NCBI RefSeq assembly: GCF_000981785.2 | Contig: NZ_CP011304.1 | Span: 120,001-152,000 of the forward strand | Length of the DNA: 32,000 bases | From: Microcystis aeruginosa NIES-2549 | Lineage (GTDB): Bacteria; Cyanobacteriota; Cyanobacteriia; Cyanobacteriales; Microcystaceae | Direction of reading: 5' to 3' | Part shown: one piece after another, positions 25,349 through 32,000 of the stretch | Numbering within the stretch: position 1 is the first letter of the stretch | How the letters are laid out: each line of letters opens with the position of its first letter | Notes under the pieces: model-generated | Told to the model about the DNA's origin: nothing | The model's database searches: none | What the model saw: the letters and a program-made list of their open reading frames with translations, nothing else | Position numbers and translations under genes: made by a program

Positions 25349-25735
25349 ATGTCACACTTTAGCAATATCAAAACCAAAATCCGCGATCTATCCTACCTAA
25401 AAGCCGCCCTGAGCGATATGGGGATGGAATGGAAAGAGGGTTCCCACCCCGTCAAAGGTTATCAAGGTCAAACTTTAACCGCAGAGGTGGTAATCGAGCA
25501 AGATAACAATTACGATATCGGTTTTCGCTGGAATGGTAACGAGTACGAGTTGGTTGCCGATTTGCAATACTGGCAACAACCCCTAACCGTAGAAGGATTT
25601 TTAAGAAAAGTAAATCAAGGTTATGCCTACCACACCATTCTGGCAGAAACTGCTAAACAGGGTTTTCAGGTGGCAGCACAGGAAAAAAATACTGATGGTT
25701 CTATTCGTCTAGTGGTACAACGTTGGAGTGCCTAA
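25349..25735 (+). CDS. ycf35: Ycf35 (DUF1257) protein
   Basis: 128 aa. MSHFSNIKTKIRDLSYLKAALSDMG... is the characteristic Ycf35/DUF1257 N terminus. Confidence 0.75.
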   Translation: MSHFSNIKTKIRDLSYLKAALSDMGMEWKEGSHPVKGYQGQTLTAEVVIEQDNNYDIGFRWNGNEYELVADLQYWQQPLTVEGFLRKVNQGYAYHTILAETAKQGFQVAAQEKNTDGSIRLVVQRWSA

Positions 25736-26142
25736 TGGCTGATTTTTCTCCCGAACGCTCTGGTTTTGAACCAGAGTTAGGGGGATTCCTGAGAGATTCC
25801 CCCGATCGCACTGGTTTTGAGCCTGAATTGGGTGGTTTACTGCGCCAGAAAGCGGTTTACGTCGATGAGGTCACTTGTATTGGTTGTAAACACTGCGCCC
25901 ACGTTGCCCCCAATACCTTTTTTATTGAAGGCGAATACGGTCGCTCTCGCGTCTATAATCAGGACGGTGACGAAGAAGAAATTATTCAAGAAGCGATCGA
26001 GACTTGTCCGGTTAACTGTATTCACTGGGTTAATTATAATCAGTTGTCATCCCTTGAGGAAGAACGCAAACATCAAGTGATTAAACAGTTAGGTTTTCCT
26101 CAGATTCACAAGAAATTTAGCCCCGCAGATTTAGATCTCTAG
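25735..26142 (+). CDS. single-cluster ferredoxin-domain protein with an N-terminal 17-aa tandem repeat
   Basis: It has CIGCKHCAHVAPNTF...ETCPVNCIHWV (CxxCxxC...CP). The likely start ATG 25735 shares its A with the ycf35 TAA (TAATG). The N terminus has SPERSGFEPELGGFLRD and SPDRTGFEPELGGLLRQ in tandem. Confidence 0.75.
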   Translation: MADFSPERSGFEPELGGFLRDSPDRTGFEPELGGLLRQKAVYVDEVTCIGCKHCAHVAPNTFFIEGEYGRSRVYNQDGDEEEIIQEAIETCPVNCIHWVNYNQLSSLEEERKHQVIKQLGFPQIHKKFSPADLDL

Positions 26143-26168
26143 GGTGGATAGGTGCAGCCTCATCCACC
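26143..26168 (+). terminator. hairpin immediately after the ferredoxin stop (possible terminator)
   Basis: GGTGGAT-12 nt-ATCCACC is followed by TATTATTT. The U-tract is interrupted, so it is weak. Confidence 0.3.
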
Positions 26169-26257
26169 TATTATTTCCGAGCAGTCATGGCAGCGGTTCT
26201 CGATCGAATCTGCTACAGTTCTCAGGGGAAATAATCCTATCTCGGATTTTAACGACA

Positions 26258-26560
26258 ATGAACACCCAACTGATTGATTCTCTCGCGCGAATTATTCTCT
26301 CTCTCTCCGAGGAAGAAAGAGAGTTACTGAATCGTAAAATTGAGAGCGAACAACGGGAAAATTTGCAGATTAACGCTCAAATTTTGGATTTAGAAACCCG
26401 TGTCAAGCAATACGAAAATCAATATCGCATGAGTTCGGAAGAATTCTATCCTAAATTTCGTTCTGGTGAGCTAGGGGACGCTATGGATTATTTCGAGTGG
26501 AATGTTTATTATGAAATGCTATTGGCAGCTAGAAAAGAGATAAGTTTACGATCAAATTAG
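26258..26560 (+). CDS. small helical protein, candidate partner/antitoxin of the downstream TumE-like gene
   Basis: About 100 aa from ATG 26258 (MNTQLIDSLARIIL...). It has a charged heptad-like middle and a C-terminal MSSEEFYPKFRSGELGDAMDYFEW. The track ORF start at 26144 (GTG) overlaps the hairpin and is probably spurious. Confidence 0.5.
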   Translation: MNTQLIDSLARIILSLSEEERELLNRKIESEQRENLQINAQILDLETRVKQYENQYRMSSEEFYPKFRSGELGDAMDYFEWNVYYEMLLAARKEISLRSN

Positions 26561-26950
26561 ATGGAGATAGCCGATTATATTCGCAAGGTTAAACGGAAAT
26601 TATCTGAGAGTTCGATTGTGAACTCTTTCACGATTGTCGATGAAAGAATTTTATTCGATCGAGGCTATTTCCGAGCGAGAGTCCTTTTAACGAACGGAGA
26701 TTTTTTAGAAATTGCGGAGGCTTTTACCTCGATCGATCAACGCATCGTTACGATAAGCTATCGCTATCAATGGATGGACGCAAGCAAACAGAAGTTAAGA
26801 AAACGCTGGGATAACGTGGAACATTTTCCCGATTTACCGAATTTTCCCGATCATGTCCATGTAGGAGATGAGTTAAACGTTCAACCTGGCGAATCTAGAA
26901 ATATTTTACAAATTATCACCGTAATCGAGCGCGAGATCGAGATTTTGTAA
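26561..26950 (+). CDS. DUF6516 / TumE-like putative toxin
   Basis: 129 aa. ...ISYRYQWMDASKQKLRKRWDNVEHFPDLPNFPDHVHVGDE... fits my recollection of the DUF6516 signature (Y-x-Y...R-[WF]-D-N...H-x-H). The ATG directly abuts the upstream TAG. Confidence 0.55.
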   Translation: MEIADYIRKVKRKLSESSIVNSFTIVDERILFDRGYFRARVLLTNGDFLEIAEAFTSIDQRIVTISYRYQWMDASKQKLRKRWDNVEHFPDLPNFPDHVHVGDELNVQPGESRNILQIITVIEREIEIL

Positions 26951-27217
26951 ACATAACGCGTCCTAGAGCGAAACAAACTCCTATAACTCGCCAAATCCTG
27001 ATCAAGTTGCGAGAATTATCCGATTGGAGGATAAATACCTGACTATTTCCCGAAATATTGATCGATTGAGAATCAAGAGAGTTGTTTTTTCCTGTATTTG
27101 AATTGATAAAAATAAAATTGTTTGATGTTGTCTGGGGAGATTTTTGGGGTAAGTAGCTGGTTATAATTAAATTGAAACCACTTACTTAGGCAGTATTTTG
27201 TTAAGTAAAGAGCCGCT

Positions 27218-27934
27218 ATGTACGTTTTAATTGGTGGGGCGGGAATGATGGGGCTAGGTTTAGCCCAACAACTTTTAGACTTGGGACACACCGTCGCCAT
27301 CGTTGATGTGGATCCTTTAGCTTGTCGGTTTGCCCGGGAAAAAATTGGTGTCATGGCCTTTGAGGGGAGTGCTGTCAGTACGAAAGTTCTGCTAGAGGCG
27401 GGGATTCGACAAGCTAAAGCGGTTGTTGCCGCCCTGAGAGACGATGCCATGAATCTAGCCCTAGTCACCCTGTCTAGAAGTTATGGCATTTCCCATATTG
27501 TGGTGAGAATGTGCGATCGCGAATTTCTTGAAGCCTATCGTCTTGCTGGAGCTAGTCACATCATCAGCACGATTGATTTAGCCGTTGCCACCATGGCCAA
27601 TGCGATCGAATACCCTGAAGTAGAATCGATGATGCACTTTGAACAGGGACAAGTGGAGGTGCTAAAGCTGCCCGTCCCCAAGGATTGTTATGTAGCTGGG
27701 CGTACCGTTGCCCAAATCGCTCAAGATGCCAACTTTCCGACCGGTTCGCTGATTATTGGCTATCAGTGTCACACTTCCGCCAGTTTAGAGATTCCCAACG
27801 GCAATACCGTCCTAGAAGCAGGCTCAACTATTCTGGTGGTCACTCGTCCGGAATTCGTCAAACCCATGATCGATTACCTCGGCATTCAAACTAATCATCG
27901 TCCAAGGATAGAAGTTTCTCATCCAAACCTTTAA
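27218..27934 (+). CDS. TrkA/KtrA-type RCK (KTN) potassium-transport regulatory protein
   Basis: 238 aa. It has an N-terminal Rossmann MYVLIGGAGMMGLGLAQQL...VAIVDVD (TrkA-N) and a C-terminal TrkA-C domain (...GRTVAQI...GSTILVVTRPE). Confidence 0.85.
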   Translation: MYVLIGGAGMMGLGLAQQLLDLGHTVAIVDVDPLACRFAREKIGVMAFEGSAVSTKVLLEAGIRQAKAVVAALRDDAMNLALVTLSRSYGISHIVVRMCDREFLEAYRLAGASHIISTIDLAVATMANAIEYPEVESMMHFEQGQVEVLKLPVPKDCYVAGRTVAQIAQDANFPTGSLIIGYQCHTSASLEIPNGNTVLEAGSTILVVTRPEFVKPMIDYLGIQTNHRPRIEVSHPNL

Positions 27935-29519
27935 CGTAGGATTGTACCAAATCTTCCGGTACAATACGTTTGCGAAGTGCATCCCCCAGGGCGGCTTTCT
28001 CGGCCAGGAACAATCGTCGTCGAATTGCATCTAACTGACCGTATTTAGGCTCCATTTGCCCCGATCGAGACTGATTATAAGCATCCCGCAGCACCCGTTC
28101 CGATACCGCCACTTTTGCCTGATAAGATGCCCACAGTTCTTCGTACACTGCTTTCGGTAAAACGCCCGATTTCAATAAATTGGCTAACTCATCTTGTGCC
28201 GCTTTCGACGCGATCAACTGCAGCTGCAACTGGCCAATCTCCCGTGTTACTGCCGAAACCTGACTAATATCGAGCTTTTTAATTAGCCAGGGTAAGGCTA
28301 ATCCTTGGATGACCAGAGAAAATAACACAGCCCCAAAGACTAGCTCGATGATCAATTCCCGCCCTGTTAGAGTCAAAGGAATGGCAACCGCTAGGGCCAT
28401 GGAGAGGGAACCCTTGATGTTGCCCAAAATCAGAATATGTTGCCAGCGCAAGGGGATCGGTCGATCGATCCGGCGAAGCACCCATAGTAAAGAATACACT
28501 GACAGAATACGCCCCAATTGATAAGCCAAAATGACTAGCACAATCGATGGCAAGGTTTGCCATAGGGTCAAGGGGTTGATTTCAATGCCAATGAGCAGAA
28601 AAATAAAGGTATTGACGATAAAACCGGCATATTCCCAAAAACTGATCAGGGTAATGCGATCGGATGCAGAGGCGCTGCGAGGCAGCCCCAAGTTACCAAA
28701 GACAAGTCCAGCAATAACTACTGCCACCGCTCCCGATACACCCAAAAACTGCCCGAGTTGAAAAGCTCCCAAGGCAAGTGCAACCGTAAGCAAAAGGCTA
28801 CTCAGCGGATCCCGTAAGCGCACATAGATGGGCAGACACAGGTAGCCTAGGACAGCGCCCACTAATCCCCCGCCCAGAGCAACGATCAACACTTCCTTGA
28901 TGACTTGTGTGGTGCTGATGGTTCCAGTGGCGTAAATCACCAAGAGCAAATTAAAGGTGACGAGTGCGGCTGCATCATTAAATAGTGTTTCCCCTTCCAC
29001 AATAGTCGAGAGTCTAGAGGGAACCCGAATTTCTTTAAAGACGGCAATCATCGAGACAGTATCCGTGTTTGCTAGAATCACTCCCACCAGTAAGGCGGGA
29101 ATCCAATCTAGACCCAGCCCAAATTTTACCAGAACTGCAATAATCGCCGCAGAAAAAACCGAGCCTGGTCCTGCGAGCAGTGCGATCGGTTTAAAGGTAC
29201 TGCGAAGACGGCTGATATCGGTATTAATCGCCGCTTCAAAAATCAGAATCGGCAGAAAAAGGTTAAGCACTAAAAACGGATCTAACCCAATACGACGAGA
29301 TAACAGATCAGTAATCGGTAATCCTGCTAACACTAAACCTGCCACATAGGAAATGCGTAATCGCTGGGTTATTAGGGCAACGGCAGTGGCAATCAGTAGC
29401 AGCAGGATCAAGATAAGAACCAGTTCAGGAATGTCTCCCACCGTTTGGCTGTTCACAGCAGAACTGCTATCCAAGGATTTTTGTTGTGCTGCCCAGGCTA
29501 CTAATAATTCTCCCCTCAT
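27891..29519 (-). CDS. CPA1-family Na+/H+ antiporter (NhaP type) with a cytoplasmic C-terminal tail
   Basis: 542 aa, with about 11-12 TM helices. It has the characteristic ...EGETLFNDAAALV... motif and an approximately 130-aa soluble C terminus. Confidence 0.88.
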   Translation of the reverse strand: MRGELLVAWAAQQKSLDSSSAVNSQTVGDIPELVLILILLLLIATAVALITQRLRISYVAGLVLAGLPITDLLSRRIGLDPFLVLNLFLPILIFEAAINTDISRLRSTFKPIALLAGPGSVFSAAIIAVLVKFGLGLDWIPALLVGVILANTDTVSMIAVFKEIRVPSRLSTIVEGETLFNDAAALVTFNLLLVIYATGTISTTQVIKEVLIVALGGGLVGAVLGYLCLPIYVRLRDPLSSLLLTVALALGAFQLGQFLGVSGAVAVVIAGLVFGNLGLPRSASASDRITLISFWEYAGFIVNTFIFLLIGIEINPLTLWQTLPSIVLVILAYQLGRILSVYSLLWVLRRIDRPIPLRWQHILILGNIKGSLSMALAVAIPLTLTGRELIIELVFGAVLFSLVIQGLALPWLIKKLDISQVSAVTREIGQLQLQLIASKAAQDELANLLKSGVLPKAVYEELWASYQAKVAVSERVLRDAYNQSRSGQMEPKYGQLDAIRRRLFLAEKAALGDALRKRIVPEDLVQSYVKGLDEKLLSLDDD

Positions 29520-30085
29520 AAGACGATATTCTCGGTAAGACCGAGAATTAAGAACTTGGCTATTTTTATAATATAAGGGAGGTTATGGCAGTTACAGCCT
29601 TTCTCAGATAGATGAGGTTAGTTATTGTTGCTAAAATACTTGATGAGTAAGGATTAGTCTGTGCTTCATCTTTAGGAGAAAGAATGAGAAATTTTCTACT
29701 TACCCGGTGATTGTTGTGGGGAGGGAAAAGTTAGAGGCAATCGGCGCAAACTGATAAGTATTTTATATGCAAATACCTTCAATACTTAAAAATATTTAAA
29801 TTTACAATTGGTAATATTTATTTTTACTCAGGAATTTATTGAGAATAATTTCTATTTATTTACGAGGTGGCAATACTTCCAGCGATTCTGGTATAATTTT
29901 GCATTATGCTATGGTGGATTTTTACTGTCTTTTTTGGACTTTTAAAGGTCTAGCTTGCCTTGAAACCATTGCTAAATCTAGACTTTCCCTTTTAGCCAAA
30001 CCAAACACTTTCGCCAATTATCCCTTTTTTCCCGAACAACGTTGATCTAATTTTTGTGTAGTTTTGTTGCAAAGTCAATTTTTTT

Positions 30086-30114
30086 TTGACAAAATGCCTA
30101 AATTGTGGTATAGA
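30086..30114 (+). promoter_or_regulatory. near-consensus extended -10 promoter (TTGACA-17 nt-TATAGA with a TGn extension)
   Basis: TTGACAaaatgcctaaattgTGgTATAGA, read directly. It lies about 130 nt upstream of the Met-less ORF 30248..30616. Confidence 0.45.
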
Positions 30115-30247
30115 CGAAATGAGGGGATTTAGCATCATTTCTAGTTCCAGTGTTTCCTAAAATCAGAGACTTCCTACCTCACCCTTAAGATAACAGCTAA
30201 GTAATAGGACAAAATTAAGTTCTTAGTTAGGATAGTCACCCAACTAT

Positions 30248-30616
30248 TTGCCCTTTCTTGCTCATTTAAATCTGAATAAAATCAATTGGCAAGAATATCC
30301 AATACCAGGAGATAAGTCAAAATATATAACTATTGAAATCGGCAATCAAAAAGGGAAAGGTTCTTACCAGACTATTCAGATTAGAGACTTGCTAAAAGCT
30401 CAAGGATATAGGTGGAATTCCCATCAACATCGACAAATTTGGTATCGTAATGATTTAAGAGCTAGTTTCACCACGGTGGATGATTTCTTCAATCAGTCTT
30501 CTTGGTATGCTATTGCTGATGGAGTTGAGGTGTGTTTTTATGACGATTTTCGCAATTTATACCAAATCTGGTTATTAAAGACTGATTATTTATTCCTCCT
30601 TTTGCCTCTTGCATGA
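30248..30616 (+). pseudogene. ORF with no ATG or internal Met, 3' end supplied by MITE copy C; probable gene remnant
   Basis: The track start is TTG and the 122-aa product contains no Met. The last ~20 codons (LYQIWLLKTDYLFLLLPLA) are MITE sequence, as in ORF 7971..8219. Confidence 0.3.
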
Positions 30617-30663
30617 GTGCCTGTTCTGATATGTAGCTTATACTCAACGGATTTAGTATTATT
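30554..30663 (+). mobile_element. MITE-like repeat, copy C
   Basis: AATTTATACCAAATCTGGTTATTAAAGACTGATTATTTATT...CTGATATGTAGCTTATACTCAACGGATTTAGTATTATT. Relative to copy B it carries an internal insertion of about 24 nt. Confidence 0.65.
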
Positions 30664-30881
30664 ATGTGTTTGTCACGTTAACAATGGACAGCATGATTAT
30701 CTGAAAGCACCGAATATTGAGTTATATTCTCAGAGGATTTAGATCGGTAAAATTACATAGTTAGGAATCTTGAGTGAGTCCCTATTGATATTGATAATTA
30801 ACAATTATTGTCTATGTTCATAAGTAGCATGACGCTGAACCGATTTAATATTACTTAATTACTGTCATAATATTTCTTCTC

Positions 30882-30924
30882 AAAAAAAGAGGAGAAAAAA
30901 GCAAGTTCTGCCTTTCTCTCCTCC
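30882..30924 (-). terminator. putative rho-independent terminator of the sugar transferase gene
   Basis: The minus strand reads GGAGGAGAGAAAGG...TTTTTTCTCCTC followed by T7, about 60 nt after the stop at 30985. Confidence 0.5.
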
Positions 30925-30984
30925 AGTCTAGCGATTAATTACATTGAAACAGTAGTAAGTAATCTTGAATTACTATTCACCGAT

Positions 30985-31716
30985 TTAGTAAGCACCGTTA
31001 TTTTTGGGAAAAACCACAACACCGATAGTTCTAAAGATTACCCATATATCGGTTAACCAGTTGCGCGAATTAACGTAATACACATCCATCTGCACCCGCA
31101 TGGGATAGGGGATGTCATTACGTCCAGAAACTTGCCATAAACCAGTTAAACCGGGGCGAATAGTTAAAACTTTGTCGATGCGATTGCCATATTTCTGCAA
31201 TTCTTCGGGAACTAAAGGCCGCGGACCGACGACGCTCATATCTCCCCGCAGGACGTTCCAGAACTGGGGAAACTCGTCTAAACTGGTTAAGCGGAGAAAC
31301 TTGCCAATCCAAGTTATGCGGGGATCATCCTTCAGCTTGAAATTATCCTCGAATTCCGCCCGCAGTTGGGGAGAGTCTTCCATCAGTCTCTCTAATACCT
31401 TATCCGCGTCCATTACCATAGTACGGAACTTGATACAGTTGAAATGCTGGAAGTTTTGACCGACGCGCTTCTGCATATAGAAGACAGGACCGGGGGAACT
31501 AATCGCGATCAGTAAGGCTAAGATTAAATAAAGCGGCGAAAAGAAAATTAGAACCGATAGGGAGAAAACGATATCGAATAATCGTTTTGAGGTATCGCCG
31601 TCCAAAGCTATTAACCAAGATTTTTGATGCCGTCTACCAGAGACCGAAGGTTTGAACCCTCGCTTCATCAAAGCTTGTAGAGCCTTGACGGAGATAAGTT
31701 GGCTATTAGCAGTCAT
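30985..31716 (-). CDS. polyprenyl-phosphate sugar phosphotransferase (bacterial sugar transferase, WbaP/EpsL C-terminal-domain type)
   Basis: 243 aa. It has one N-terminal TM ([26 protein letters not shown]) and the motifs KFRTM, [21 protein letters not shown] and [12 protein letters not shown]. Confidence 0.88.
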   Translation of the reverse strand: [243 protein letters not shown]

Positions 31717-31879
31717 CTTACTCCTTCACATCACACACACCACACAGTACCCATGATAAAGCCACAAGACTGAAAAAACAAGTCTTTGGGTCAATAACTG
31801 GCACTGGTCATTTTAGAGCCTTTGTACTGAAAAATCTCTAATTAGGGTTGGCTGAAAAAGTTTGTTGCTGGGGTTAGGA

Positions 31880-31906
31880 GTCAGTAGTCAGTGGTCAGCA
31901 GTCAGG
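31880..31906. repeat. degenerate heptanucleotide repeat (GTCAGTA GTCAGTG GTCAGCA GTCAGG)
   Basis: Read directly. Confidence 0.75.
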
Positions 31907-31951
31907 TTTGAATCAGTTAAGTAGTCGTGCAAAATAAATTTCCTAGTGAAG

Positions 31952-31980
31952 ATAGGCAATAGGCAATAGGCAATAGGCAA
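31952..31980. repeat. heptanucleotide tandem repeat (ATAGGCA) x4
   Basis: Read directly. Confidence 0.9.
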
Positions 31981-32000
31981 AAGCTTTATCGAAATGTGTA

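Noticed and set aside
27073-27468. 131-aa minus-strand ORF overlapping the trkA start.
   Set aside because: It is a shadow frame of the TrkA Rossmann region. The product is Ala/Ser/Thr-rich with no motif, and trkA on the + strand is well supported.
29839-30045. 68-aa ORF in the AT-rich spacer, and the 60-aa ORF at 21200..21382.
   Set aside because: Neither has an RBS or recognisable motifs. The composition is typical of AT-rich non-coding DNA, and only a TGnTATAAT-like element at about 29893-29901 lies nearby. Evidence for coding is insufficient.

Overview
This is a cyanobacterial chromosomal window. The evidence is at least 12 HIP1 octamers (GCGATCGC, e.g. 752-759, 8941-8948, 17106-17113, 24751-24758), ycf35, hox/hyp hydrogenase genes and many heptanucleotide tandem repeats. 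The repeat load and composition look Microcystis-like, but that is inference only.

Core genes, in order:
- a 5'-partial hypothetical, then hoxY, convergent with recG and an upstream coiled-coil gene
- hypE, hypA and hypB
- cysA, divergent from a TauE/SafE permease
- a DUF202 protein
- a CadD-like transporter, divergent from a LysR regulator
- iscA
- a secreted hypothetical, a holin-4_2/YvlD-like membrane protein and a Roadblock/LC7 fusion protein
- rluD, convergent with a Rossmann oxidoreductase
- a DUF2997-ycf35-ferredoxin operon
- a TrkA/RCK protein whose 3' end overlaps a convergent CPA1 Na+/H+ antiporter
- a polyprenyl-phosphate sugar transferase

Accessory content:
- a decayed antitoxin and Dam-type methyltransferase remnant after hypB
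- an AT-rich islet (about 12.8-20.1 kb) with hicB plus a hicA remnant, a 1330-aa single-chain type IIG R-M enzyme, a duplicated promoter module bracketing an 88-aa ORF, and a TnpB-only IS200/IS605 element
- a two-gene DUF6516/TumE-like module (26.26-26.95 kb)
- four copies of a roughly 80-110 bp MITE-like repeat

I see no rRNA, tRNA or CRISPR array.

I do not see a clear multi-gene system of wholly new type. The best candidates for something undescribed are:
1. the promoter-bearing direct repeats and antisense arrangement between iscA and the R-M gene
2. the coiled-coil plus TumE-like pair
3. the orphan Roadblock fusion protein
4. the heptamer-phased repeat arrays that abut start and stop codons

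All family assignments come from motif recognition by eye and need database confirmation.
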